A DNA stretch of 39,766 bases from Candidatus Aenigmatarchaeota archaeon (lineage in GTDB: Archaea; Aenigmatarchaeota; Aenigmatarchaeia; QMZP01): assembly GCA_043824495.1 (NCBI GenBank), contig JBDRSV010000025.1, positions 1-39,766 of the forward strand, given 5' to 3'. The notes under the pieces are model-generated. The model did no database searches, was not told where the DNA came from, and saw only the letters and a list, made by a program, of their open reading frames with translations. The position numbers and the translations under genes are program-made. This document shows positions 1-9,259 of this stretch, one piece after another. Within the stretch, counting starts at the first letter, position 1; every line of letters begins with the position of its first letter.

Positions 1-1
1 A

Positions 2-226
2 GCCTTTATCGTATTAATGACATTCTATGGTGGAATAGAAAATATACAAACAGAAATAACAAAATTCTTTGGTTGGATGGACAATCAGAAATTACCCGAC
101 ACAGACAATCTTCTAAATCCTGATGGAACTCTTGGAACTGGAGGAAGTACAGGAACTACAAACAATAACCAAGGTGGCACAAGACCTCCACTTGATATAG
201 GAGAAGTTTTGGTTGATATAAGATGA
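2..226 (+). CDS. 5'-truncated small membrane/exported protein (hydrophobic N-terminal segment, Gly/Thr/Asn-rich linker)
   Basis: The frame of ORF 17..226 stays open to the window edge (AFIVLMTFYGG...), so the true start probably lies upstream. Its stop overlaps the next ATG (ATGA at 223-226). Confidence 0.6.
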   Translation, partial: AFIVLMTFYGGIENIQTEITKFFGWMDNQKLPDTDNLLNPDGTLGTGGSTGTTNNNQGGTRPPLDIGEVLVDIR

Positions 227-1617
227 AAGGGAAAATATTGATATTGATATTATGTATAACACTCGTATTTTTAGTAAGTTTGGTAGGATCACAAAACGAC
301 AATTCTCTAGATGAACCATTTGAAGGATCATATTTGAGTGATAAACCTCATTCGATGTGGACAGGAGAAGCAACTGAAATAGAGAACACACTAAAAGATT
401 TCTACATGAAAGAAAACGTTAAAATAGTCATGTATGTGTACGATTCCAAAAAAGAAGGCCGTGATATAGAAAGCTTAGCTGAATATATATTTAGAAGGTA
501 TTATCTAGACATTCTAGGAGATCCAACTCTTAATACACTCATCATTTACGATCTTCAGGAAAATAAAATCCGATTAACACATTCCAAAATATGTAGTCTA
601 GATACAGAAGACGTTTTATCAATACAAAGAAGTCCAGATGTTAGTGGTCTATTAGAAGCATATGACTATAATACAGCTTTCTCTAATCTCATAGAAAAAC
701 TTAAAATTCTAATAAAAAGAAAGCAAACAGAAGATTTTATTTGTACCCTAGATATACCAACAGAATTGGTAGGAGAAAACTGTGAAGTACTACACTATTC
801 AGGTGACCCACATGAAAAGATAAATTTAGTTTTTATTGGAAACGGATTTGAAAATTCAGAAGAATTTGAAAACCATGCATGGTTAAGCACAAAGTCTATA
901 CTGGAGTTTGATGTCTTCTCTGATTATAGCGATCTTTTTAATTTTTATTTAAATAAAAAGATAAGCAATAATTTTGGTTTAGAATCATCTTCATCAAAAT
1001 TTAGTTATGCAGTCAAGACAGAATTAGGCGAATTGTCCGCTGAGTGTGCGGGAAGCTATACAATTATAATAAGCAATGCAGGACCACGAGGAGTAGCTAA
1101 AGTTGGAAGATTTATTTATTCAAGTTTTCCAACAAGAGAACCTGAAGATCTTGCACTTTATTTATTAGAACATCAGAGACCAGGAGACAATTTTCTATCA
1201 GCGAATGATTATAGAATATCTGCATTCCCTGGATACGCTTTTATAAGAACCAGTGAGAGGGACGATTATGGAGTACAAAAAACTGTAATACACGAGCTCG
1301 GTCATATGTTGTTCGGGTTAGCAGATGAATACACTTTAGAAAACTACGGGGATAGACCCCACCAACCAAATTGTGCTCCCGATATTAAAACTGCAAGACG
1401 ATGGTGGGGAAATTTAGAACCAGAAGGTGCTGGTTATTTCCAAGGATGTTCTTATGTTGACGATAATATAAGAAGTACGGAAACTTCAATAATGAGAAAC
1501 AGTGAGGAATCTAATGTATTCGGTCCTGTTAATGAGAGACAGATAAGAGCGATTCTAGATGAATATAAAAGACTTGTTGAGGTACAGAAAGTACAAATAG
1601 CATCAATAACTGGATGA
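223..1617 (+). CDS. Secreted TPM-domain + M64 (IgA-peptidase-like) zinc metallopeptidase
   Basis: Signal peptide MKGKILILILCITLVFLVSLVGS. A TPM-like alpha/beta domain spans about aa 45-165 (VKIVMYVYDS..IESLAEYIF..TLIIYDLQENKIRL..DY..AF). M64-type motifs: KINLVFIGNGF, HELGHMLFGLADEY (HExxH at 1291-1305), SIMR, FGPVNERQI. Confidence 0.75.
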   Translation: MKGKILILILCITLVFLVSLVGSQNDNSLDEPFEGSYLSDKPHSMWTGEATEIENTLKDFYMKENVKIVMYVYDSKKEGRDIESLAEYIFRRYYLDILGDPTLNTLIIYDLQENKIRLTHSKICSLDTEDVLSIQRSPDVSGLLEAYDYNTAFSNLIEKLKILIKRKQTEDFICTLDIPTELVGENCEVLHYSGDPHEKINLVFIGNGFENSEEFENHAWLSTKSILEFDVFSDYSDLFNFYLNKKISNNFGLESSSSKFSYAVKTELGELSAECAGSYTIIISNAGPRGVAKVGRFIYSSFPTREPEDLALYLLEHQRPGDNFLSANDYRISAFPGYAFIRTSERDDYGVQKTVIHELGHMLFGLADEYTLENYGDRPHQPNCAPDIKTARRWWGNLEPEGAGYFQGCSYVDDNIRSTETSIMRNSEESNVFGPVNERQIRAILDEYKRLVEVQKVQIASITG

Positions 1618-1628
1618 TTGGAGAATAA

Positions 1629-2348
1629 ATGAAAGCGAAAAAAATAATCAAAATGAACGGCATCTTTCTACTTTTAGTTATAGCAATTCTTATTTTGGTA
1701 ATAAATTTGACTTCGATAAGTGCATACATACCATCTGTTTATAACATTCAACTAAGTAATGAAAACAATGACCTTGATCTTATATCCATTTCAATAGAAA
1801 TGGGTTTCCCTCCAGACGAAAGTTATGCAGAAAATCCAGATTATGTTTTGGATCTTATAGGTGCGGATAATGAGATTTTATATTCCCATGGGTTTTCAAG
1901 TAAAGAAATAATATTAGTTGATCCTGAAGCTGAATGTTTTGATGAAATTACAGGTGATTTCTCAGGTGATAAATGCCCTGATTTTGTCGCATACAATGAA
2001 CTAGAGTCTGATTTTATTATGCTAAATGTTCCATACTCGCCTGGAGGAGAGAGAATAGAAATTAAAAATAGAAACGATGTCAGGGCGCTCTCATTTGATG
2101 TTTCTGGAGTTGCATGTGGGAATGATGTATGTGATTTAGTTGAGACTGTTTCTTCTTGTCCTCAAGACTGTCAAGAAGTCCAAGTAGAACTTCCACCCGC
2201 ACAGGATAATTGGTTTTACGTTTATGTGATTTTTGGAGCAATTATAGTTGTAATTGTTGTTTTGATTATGATTAGTAGAATGGGAAATAAAACTCCAAAA
2301 CAAAGGCAGATGGATAGATTGTACTCAAAAACAAGGCGAAGAGTTTAG
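1629..2348 (+). CDS. Membrane-anchored exported protein with a Cys-rich CGxxxC...CPxDC module
   Basis: N-terminal hydrophobic helix, CGNDVCDLVETVSSCPQDC at 2115-2171, a C-terminal TM helix (WFYVYVIFGAIIVVIVVLIMI) and a basic tail. Confidence 0.75.
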   Translation: MKAKKIIKMNGIFLLLVIAILILVINLTSISAYIPSVYNIQLSNENNDLDLISISIEMGFPPDESYAENPDYVLDLIGADNEILYSHGFSSKEIILVDPEAECFDEITGDFSGDKCPDFVAYNELESDFIMLNVPYSPGGERIEIKNRNDVRALSFDVSGVACGNDVCDLVETVSSCPQDCQEVQVELPPAQDNWFYVYVIFGAIIVVIVVLIMISRMGNKTPKQRQMDRLYSKTRRRV

Positions 2349-2356
2349 TCAAGTAA

Positions 2357-3310
2357 TTATCCAGTATCAGACCAGAAATCTTCAGCAAGAGTGGCGTAAC
2401 CAATAGGAGAGTCATTTGCTTCATTTATTTGATCGGCTGTTAGTTCTGCTCTACTAATATATGATCCTATCATCTGATTTGCTCCTCTTACACCTTTTAA
2501 AGTCCATTGTAATCTATCTGAAGCTTCTCTGTCTTCTCGTGCACGTAAAATATCTACTCGGAACATATCTCTGTAAGCATATAACACTCTAAGAACACTT
2601 TGTCTCAATTCAACACTTTCTGGAAGATTAATTTGAGGCAATGTATCTAATAAATAGTCCATGATTCCTGACAACCCACTGCCTTCAAATACACTGATAT
2701 CTTCATCCTCATCTAAATTAAATGCCCAATCCCTTTCTATTATATTATTAATCAGTTCTGGTAACTCTACCTCAAATTTTCTACTATAGACTGCTCTTTG
2801 GACTTCTTCTAATCTTGGTGTTATTTCTGGATCTATTTCATATCCTATTTTTTCTGCCCAACGACTTGCTTGATTTAGACAGTCACGATAGCCACCATTC
2901 CCCTCTTCTGCGAATCTCTTTGCTCTTCTTAGTTCATCTTCAATACCTATTGTAGTTGGTGCTTTCCAATCACCGGTTGTATCCCAGATAATATATTCTA
3001 TAGGAATTCCATCTGGAGATTCCAAATGATTTAAAACTAAATTTGAGTCGCATCCTACGCATTTATACTCTACAAGTGTACTTAATCTATCTCCCCTTTC
3101 TCCGATTAGAACTTCTATCTTAGGAGGCTCTTCATGGTAAGTATCACATTTTTTACAGTAATGTGCGGGAACTCTCTCTTTAGGAAGAAAACCTATATCC
3201 CACTGAGAACCACGCGTTCTAAATTCAGGTTGTGAGAATTCTTCTGGTGTTAGAAGAACTTTGACGCGATTGCCATTTTCTGACATTTCACACATCGCAT
3301 AAATTGTCAT
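2357..3310 (-). CDS. Hypothetical acidic protein with a putative N-terminal Zn ribbon
   Basis: 317-aa ORF with CKKC and CVGC pairs about 30 aa apart. It has its own TATA-like box 22-29 bp upstream. Confidence 0.7.
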   Translation of the reverse strand: MTIYAMCEMSENGNRVKVLLTPEEFSQPEFRTRGSQWDIGFLPKERVPAHYCKKCDTYHEEPPKIEVLIGERGDRLSTLVEYKCVGCDSNLVLNHLESPDGIPIEYIIWDTTGDWKAPTTIGIEDELRRAKRFAEEGNGGYRDCLNQASRWAEKIGYEIDPEITPRLEEVQRAVYSRKFEVELPELINNIIERDWAFNLDEDEDISVFEGSGLSGIMDYLLDTLPQINLPESVELRQSVLRVLYAYRDMFRVDILRAREDREASDRLQWTLKGVRGANQMIGSYISRAELTADQINEANDSPIGYATLAEDFWSDTG

Positions 3311-3331
3311 GTTTTATAATTAATTAACATT

Positions 3332-3339
3332 TTTATAAA
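3332..3339 (-). promoter_or_regulatory. TATA-like box for the 2357..3310 gene (probably a near-leaderless transcript)
   Basis: TTTATAAA lies 22-29 bp upstream of the ATG at 3310, which is archaeal promoter spacing. Confidence 0.5.
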
Positions 3340-3382
3340 CTGGTTTAAATCAGGAGAAGATTTGAATTGGTGGGAGAAATAG

Positions 3383-6300
3383 CTAAAGTCCTTTAATTGC
3401 GCCCTTGAACCAGGCCATCCATTCCTCATCTATTCTTGTTGGAGATGCTTCTCCGATTTCTTGTTTCACTGTCTCAGAAATTGTGTGGAATTTTTGATTA
3501 GATAACACAGACCATTTAGCTTCAAGTAATTCTGGTTTATTTAGTTTTTCTGCGGTTTCTGTTATAGTTTGTTTTATCTTTCCTCTCAGTTTGATATTCT
3601 CCCATACAGAATTCCAGTTACCTGACCACTCTTTTACATAAGAAGCAATTCTATTCAGAATCTCTGACTCACCATTAAGTAGAGTGTCTGTTGGTTTTAG
3701 TTGATCATCTTTACTTGAATATTCCATTAGATTTACAAAAGCTCCTTCCTTCATTGGGTCACCAGACCATTCTTTTCTAACTTCAGCTATCTCAGTTACT
3801 CTTCTGAATTTATGAAGACCATCAGCTGATCTCAAGTTTTTACAAACAGGTATTATGTCCGTGGCTTTGAAAGATGTAGGAGGCACTCCTAAATCATTTA
3901 CAACTCTATCAAATACACCATAAGCAGACTCACCGTGAATTGTTCCTGCAACAACGTTTGAGAGTGCACCGATACGCATAGCTTCGTATAGGGCTTTAGC
4001 TTCTGTACTTCTGACTTCACCTATGATCAGAGCGGAATCCCCAAGCCTTAAAGCAGTTCTTAGAGCTTCATCTGCTGGTGTCTCTGTTTCCACTTTTGTG
4101 ATTACAGATCTTGATTTCAAGCTCTGTATATTGTAGTTCATCTCAATTAATTGTTTCACAGGAAGTTCTAGTGTATTATGTGCTAATATATTCTCACATA
4201 CGAAGTTTTCATTGTCTGGGACAGAAAAATCATATACATAACCAGAACTTTTGATCTTCTTTATTTCTCTGATTTCATCCCAAAAAATATCAGACGAAGC
4301 CAGACCGCTTAATTCTTCGGGAACAACAAAATCATCTCCTTGTCCTCCTAATAAGCCACCCAGATGTTCCCGTCCAATGTTATTATCCCTGTTCACATAA
4401 TCATTGAAATTAAAACCTCTTATCGAGCTTCCAAGACGAATCTTGGTAGCCATAGGCAAGGGTATCACATCTGTAGTATCATGGGTTGATACTTTACTAG
4501 ATAATAAAACGAGTTTCTCCGCTTTCTTTCTAGGCAGCACACCTATCTCTTCCTTAAACTTTCTTATGGATTTCAAAGAGCTTATCCTGCAGTTGTAAAA
4601 GCCGTTACGTTCTTTCGTCCTGCATACTATTCCAAACATAAGGAGGAGCGTTTGCATATCTTTAACCAAATTCTGTGATCTCACATCTAGCATTATTTCC
4701 TTGTCTGATACACAACCATCACCGCTTATTACTCCATTAATAACACATCCTGTTTGCTTCTTTGATAGATTAAAAATCCATGAAGGGATTCTTTTAGAGA
4801 AGGCATTACCATCTAATTCGAGTATCTTATTCATCAGGAATTTTAGTGAGTTAGAATTGATTATTGAGGAAAATCCATCAGAATGCATTCTTATTTTTGA
4901 ATCAAACATTTGAGCCACATTTCTGACAACATCTCTTATCTCCTTTTCTTGAGCTGATATTATGACCGAGTTTTTATCATAACAACCATCAGCTAGCCAC
5001 ATTCCTATGAATTTCAAGAAATCTTCATTTAGTTCCAGTATCATCGATATTGGTTTGGAGTTTTTCGAGAATTTAATTAACAGCTTAGATGCATCAAACT
5101 CGTATTCAAGTTCGAGTAGATCTGAGAATATACTGTAGGGTAGTATATTATTCCTCTTCCAACTGCCTACAGTAATCTTAGGGTACTCGTGTTTAGACGC
5201 GAGTTTTAGTAACAACTTTCTGTTTGTGAACACTTTCTTTAATTCTTCTCCGGAAATATAGGCAGAAGTTGAAGGTTTTAAATAATCAAGAATATTTAAT
5301 GTTCTTACATTTTTGTTGTTAGTGGACAGCAGTCTTGGGGTGACTATGTGATCTCCTTTTCTTAATTTGTTGGCTTTTATGGGTTCTATCTTCCCTGTTG
5401 AGGCTAAAGTGAACAAGGAATGATCTCCGGTAACTCTTATTTTTCTTCCAGTTCTTGTTTCCACTTCATAAATAGGCTTGTTTACTTTGTGTCTAATGAA
5501 TTTACTTACAGGAGATAAGTTTACTTTATTATCAGAGCTGATAGAAAACACCTTTATATTTTCTGGGTTTATGTTAGAGATATCTCTTCCAGCAAATGTT
5601 GTTCCATAGTTGTCTATCATCTCGTCTATCAAATCGCCTACAGTACCCCTTTCTAGCTTACCGTCTCTTTCAAAAAGCAGCTCACAATCCCCTGTCACGC
5701 TATCTTCTATTGTGAGTATTCTAGTTTTGGGTAAAATTTCAAGCATGAGTGATGCGAGTAAAGATGTTTTACCCCCAGATCTTCCACCAGCAATAAGCAT
5801 ACTCACTGAACCATCAATCAAGAAAGATAATAGACCAGAAGCTAAAGGAGAAACAAATCTATTTTTAATGAAAAGAGGTAAAGTCCATGGTCTGTCTCTA
5901 TGTCTTCTTATTGCGAACCCCAATCCTTCTGCTGACAAAGTTTTGGTTATCACAGCAAATCTAGCAGATCCTCCAGGAACTGCAAGGTCTGTATCTAGAA
6001 CTGGATTTGATTCATCCAAAGGTCTTCCAGATTGAATTCTCAATCTAGTTGCCCAAGCTTCTGCATCCTCCATTGTTGGAATTAAATTAGTTTTACACTC
6101 TTCCCAGTCCTGATGTCCAATTTTTATTGGCTGTCTCTCTATTGGTGAGTTTATGTAGATATCTTGTATTTTTTCATCAGCTAACAGAACTTCTAAAACG
6201 CCAAAACCTGCTGTATATCTTGTAAGCATTGAAGCTAATTGATCTAAATCACGCAGAGTCAAACTGATATTCATCCTATCGGCTGTTTCTTTTATTATGT

Positions 6301-7150
6301 CTTTACCAATATTATAGAATACTTCTCTTATTCTTTTTGATCTAACAAACTCTGCACTCCTTGGTTTATGTGAAGCCATGTATCTTCTTGCTTCGTCAAT
6401 AACTGCATACTTCTCTTCTGACATTCTAAATTCTGGAGGTAATGCGTGATAGAAATATTCTGTGGAATTAGGAACCTTGAATATTTCGACTTTCGTATCT
6501 CCAACTTGATATCTATCAACTGAGATTCCTCCTTTGGGTGGCATTATCATGTATCGTGTAAGCATGAAATTTGGTCTCACAATAGGTGCGAACAATTCTC
6601 TGTAAATTGTTCTGTCACCACTATGATGACCCACTAACCTATTCTCTGCATATTTTATCATTTTTGTGCCATCTAATTTTTTCTTAAGTGGTTGAAGAAC
6701 TTCAAGAATGTATTTTTTGTAACAATCATAAGTATTCTGATTTGCATGACTCATTTTTATTTTAGTTTCTCTTATCTCTCTGATCAGTTCTACATATGCA
6801 CCAATAGGATCTCTTCTCATCAAGTCAACGGCTAGATGTTGTATTTTAGGGCTCCAGTTAGAATAGAATCTATTACACTTATCTCCTCCTGTATAGGAGA
6901 CTATTCTTTCTCTTACTGCATCTTCTATTATCCTTGCTATTTCTAGTAAATAATCAATCTGATCTGGTCCATATTCATATTCCCTTTCTTTTACCAGAAC
7001 AACACTATTTAGTTTTTTCACTTCAAGAATAACATCAATTACACGAGACATTGTAGACTCAAAGTCTTCTATAGAGGCGCCATACATGTAGCCCATGCAA
7101 TTAATTTTAACTTTCATTCTGTTTTCATCATATTCGTAATCAGTAGACAT
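3383..7150 (-). CDS. Type II/IV secretion system / type IV pilus ATPase (VirB11/TadA/FlaI superfamily), intein-containing; about 746 aa after splicing
   Basis: Motifs: LLADEKIQDIYINSP, GRPLDESNPVLD, FAIRRH, Walker A GGRSGGKTS, Asp box TIED|TLEL split by the intein, ALRTALRLGDSALIIGEVRSTEA (Walker B), His box GTIHG. Confidence 0.9.
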   Translation of the reverse strand: MSTDYEYDENRMKVKINCMGYMYGASIEDFESTMSRVIDVILEVKKLNSVVLVKEREYEYGPDQIDYLLEIARIIEDAVRERIVSYTGGDKCNRFYSNWSPKIQHLAVDLMRRDPIGAYVELIREIRETKIKMSHANQNTYDCYKKYILEVLQPLKKKLDGTKMIKYAENRLVGHHSGDRTIYRELFAPIVRPNFMLTRYMIMPPKGGISVDRYQVGDTKVEIFKVPNSTEYFYHALPPEFRMSEEKYAVIDEARRYMASHKPRSAEFVRSKRIREVFYNIGKDIIKETADRMNISLTLRDLDQLASMLTRYTAGFGVLEVLLADEKIQDIYINSPIERQPIKIGHQDWEECKTNLIPTMEDAEAWATRLRIQSGRPLDESNPVLDTDLAVPGGSARFAVITKTLSAEGLGFAIRRHRDRPWTLPLFIKNRFVSPLASGLLSFLIDGSVSMLIAGGRSGGKTSLLASLMLEILPKTRILTIEDSVTGDCELLFERDGKLERGTVGDLIDEMIDNYGTTFAGRDISNINPENIKVFSISSDNKVNLSPVSKFIRHKVNKPIYEVETRTGRKIRVTGDHSLFTLASTGKIEPIKANKLRKGDHIVTPRLLSTNNKNVRTLNILDYLKPSTSAYISGEELKKVFTNRKLLLKLASKHEYPKITVGSWKRNNILPYSIFSDLLELEYEFDASKLLIKFSKNSKPISMILELNEDFLKFIGMWLADGCYDKNSVIISAQEKEIRDVVRNVAQMFDSKIRMHSDGFSSIINSNSLKFLMNKILELDGNAFSKRIPSWIFNLSKKQTGCVINGVISGDGCVSDKEIMLDVRSQNLVKDMQTLLLMFGIVCRTKERNGFYNCRISSLKSIRKFKEEIGVLPRKKAEKLVLLSSKVSTHDTTDVIPLPMATKIRLGSSIRGFNFNDYVNRDNNIGREHLGGLLGGQGDDFVVPEELSGLASSDIFWDEIREIKKIKSSGYVYDFSVPDNENFVCENILAHNTLELPVKQLIEMNYNIQSLKSRSVITKVETETPADEALRTALRLGDSALIIGEVRSTEAKALYEAMRIGALSNVVAGTIHGESAYGVFDRVVNDLGVPPTSFKATDIIPVCKNLRSADGLHKFRRVTEIAEVRKEWSGDPMKEGAFVNLMEYSSKDDQLKPTDTLLNGESEILNRIASYVKEWSGNWNSVWENIKLRGKIKQTITETAEKLNKPELLEAKWSVLSNQKFHTISETVKQEIGEASPTRIDEEWMAWFKGAIKGL
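4175..5701 (-). mobile_element. Intein with LAGLIDADG homing endonuclease (509 aa)
   Basis: N-terminal splice block S-VTGDC, block B IRVTGDHSLF, endonuclease motifs FIGMWLADGC and INGVISGDGCV, block F/G VYDFSVPDNENFVCENILAHN followed by a +1 Thr. Removing it restores the canonical TIEDTLEL. Confidence 0.92.
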
Positions 7151-7251
7151 TAGTTCGCACCATCCAGAAATGCTATATATTAATTATTATCCTGCTAATT
7201 AAAGGTTTCTAATACCTTTTTATGGCCCTTCGGCTAATTATATACAGTTAT

Positions 7252-7653
7252 ATGGACATGTTCAAGAAAGACGAAAGAAGAACTGTCAGCTCTGTTCTGA
7301 ATGAAGTTATAGGGAGAGTTAACTCTGATACTAGAAGACTTAGACTTATTGAGCAAGAAAATAGTGTATTCCAAACTCGTATAAACAGACTAGAAGCAGA
7401 CAATCTCAGATTAAAAAAAGATTTACTTTCAAAAACCAATTTAATAGATGGAAAACTGCTTAAACAAGGAAGTAAATTAACAAAAATAGAGAACATGATA
7501 AAAGAGATTGTAAAGCAGATGAAACTTTCTGCTACAAAGACGGATGTTTCAGCCCTTGAAGAACTTGTAGAAATTTATAATCCAATATCATCTAAATTCG
7601 TAACTAGAGAAGAAGTTGAGAGGATATTACAAGAGAGAACCAAGAAATCTTAA
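7252..7653 (+). CDS. Coiled-coil hypothetical protein
   Basis: ORF 7222..7653; the start is more likely Met at 7252 or 7258. It has a long heptad-like helix and ends in LEELVEIYNPISSKFVTREEVERIL. Confidence 0.75.
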   Translation: MDMFKKDERRTVSSVLNEVIGRVNSDTRRLRLIEQENSVFQTRINRLEADNLRLKKDLLSKTNLIDGKLLKQGSKLTKIENMIKEIVKQMKLSATKTDVSALEELVEIYNPISSKFVTREEVERILQERTKKS

Positions 7654-7690
7654 TAGTAAGAAAGTAAATAATAATTATATAAGTGATAAA

Positions 7691-8590
7691 ATGTGGGCAC
7701 CTTTTAAGAAAAAATCAGCGACTCCAAGAAGTCCTGGAAGAATGTCAAGCGGAGGTTCAGCAGCCGGTAGAGTAATGGATTTATCTTCTCAGGGCATCTC
7801 TGAACCTGAGATAATAAGAACATTAAGGGAAGAAGGATACTCACCAGAGCAAGTAGACTCTGGAATGAGAGAAGCATTAAGATTTTCTGTTAGCTCTCCT
7901 GAAGCACCAAGACCTTCTAGATTTGATGATAGACCACCTAGTTTTGATCGTAATCCTGAACCTAGAGATGATTTTAGACGTGATTTTAATAGAGGTTTTG
8001 AAGAAGATCCTGACATGAAACAGGACCCTCCTGGAATTGAATATGAAAAACATGTTCCTGATACACTCTCACTTCCACCATTACCTGGAGACGAAGCCGA
8101 TGATTTTGATCTACCACCTCCTCCTGGACAAAGAAGGAGAATGTCAGAGGATCAAGGAATGCAAGAAAGACTACCTTTTAGAGATTTGGAAGAAGACCAA
8201 GAACCCGATCCAATTCATAAACTAGAACACAGAAAAACCAGAAGACAAACTGAAAGAGACAGAATGCAAAATTTAGAAGAATTAACAGAGAGTGTGGTAG
8301 AAGAGAAATGGACAGATTTCAAAACAGAAAATGCTGAGATGCGTAAAGAGTTAAGACACATGGCAACAAGGCTTGGAATTCTAGAAAAAATATTAGATAA
8401 AATAGAATCTGACAAGAAAACTGAGATTGAAGAGATACATGACGATATAGACACTTACAAAAGATCAATAACAGAAGTTGGAGAAAGAATGGGATCAATG
8501 GAGAAAGCATTGAAAGATAGCATGACTCCTATGATGGAATCTCTTCGAAGTTTAGCTGAAACAATAAAGGCAATGAAATCAGAAAAATAG
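7691..8590 (+). CDS. Hypothetical protein: small helical N-domain, Pro/Asp/Arg-rich disordered linker, C-terminal coiled coil
   Basis: ORF 7616..8590; the likely start is the ATG at 7691, preceded by GTGAT. It contains a QGISEPEIIRTLREEGYSPEQVD helical motif, a low-complexity middle and an EELTESVVEEKW... coiled coil. Confidence 0.8.
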   Translation: MWAPFKKKSATPRSPGRMSSGGSAAGRVMDLSSQGISEPEIIRTLREEGYSPEQVDSGMREALRFSVSSPEAPRPSRFDDRPPSFDRNPEPRDDFRRDFNRGFEEDPDMKQDPPGIEYEKHVPDTLSLPPLPGDEADDFDLPPPPGQRRRMSEDQGMQERLPFRDLEEDQEPDPIHKLEHRKTRRQTERDRMQNLEELTESVVEEKWTDFKTENAEMRKELRHMATRLGILEKILDKIESDKKTEIEEIHDDIDTYKRSITEVGERMGSMEKALKDSMTPMMESLRSLAETIKAMKSEK

Positions 8591-8630
8591 TCCTTATTCT
8601 AATATAAGAAAAATAAAAAAAGTAGAAAAA

Positions 8631-9194
8631 TTAATCTTTTTTGTCTCCGCCGCTAGACTTTCCTCCACCGCCAGAACCTAACCAGAACATGGCTAGTGCG
8701 ATAATCACAACGAAGAATACCAACGTCATGAATTCAGAGGATGTTGCCCATGAAGGAACTAACCCAAATTGATCTGCGCCTGCTGCAAAGAAGATCAAGA
8801 TTGCAATTACTATTATTGCTAAGATCCAAATCCACTTCGAGTGACCGTCTCCTTCTGTTAGTTTCTTGATATCAAATCCTATCAAGCCCAGCAGTATCGC
8901 TACAAACAGTATCCCCGAACCTACGATCAATCCGATACCTGTTAGGTTTGCGAAGAATGTTACAATACCAACATTAAAGCTTGAATACAGCATCACAAAA
9001 AATGCGAATATGATTGATATCAAGCCTCTTGCTGAATTTGGTAACTGAGCGCTAAGTGAAAAAGATAGCACACCGTATATAATTGCTAACGCAAGAAGGA
9101 AAGGAAACAAGTACAAAAAGAATCCCATGTTTTGTAAGTTTTGTAATATTACTGGGAATGCGCTCCCTCCGGCTTGGAATAACACTGCATCCAT
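8631..9194 (-). CDS. Multi-pass membrane protein (about 5-6 TM helices)
   Basis: ORF 8631..9242; likely start MDAVLFQ at 9194. Hydrophobic segments include GFFLYLFPFLLALAIIYGVL, followed by a Gly-rich charged tail. Confidence 0.8.
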   Translation of the reverse strand: MDAVLFQAGGSAFPVILQNLQNMGFFLYLFPFLLALAIIYGVLSFSLSAQLPNSARGLISIIFAFFVMLYSSFNVGIVTFFANLTGIGLIVGSGILFVAILLGLIGFDIKKLTEGDGHSKWIWILAIIVIAILIFFAAGADQFGLVPSWATSSEFMTLVFFVVIIALAMFWLGSGGGGKSSGGDKKD

Positions 9195-9259
9195 AGTATC
9201 ATATTGGTCGATTAAGTTTATAAAGCTTAGAAGGCCACGCATTTAGGTTATAGGTTAGA

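Noticed and set aside
4404-6519. Short ORFs 4404..4598, 4701..4913, 5610..6035 and 6328..6519
   Set aside because: They overlap the ATPase/intein gene, lack motifs, and look like shadow or off-frame ORFs.
7616-7690. Upstream GTG/ATG extensions given by the ORF track (also 9195-9242, 25259-25294, 7222-7251)
   Set aside because: They run through AT-rich promoter sequence or the neighbouring gene; the downstream ATGs have better RBS or TATA spacing.
7920-8160. Quasi-repeats (FDDRPPSFDR, DDFRRDFNR, poly-Pro)
   Set aside because: Low-complexity coding linker with no regular repeat-spacer structure, so not CRISPR or a tandem-repeat locus.
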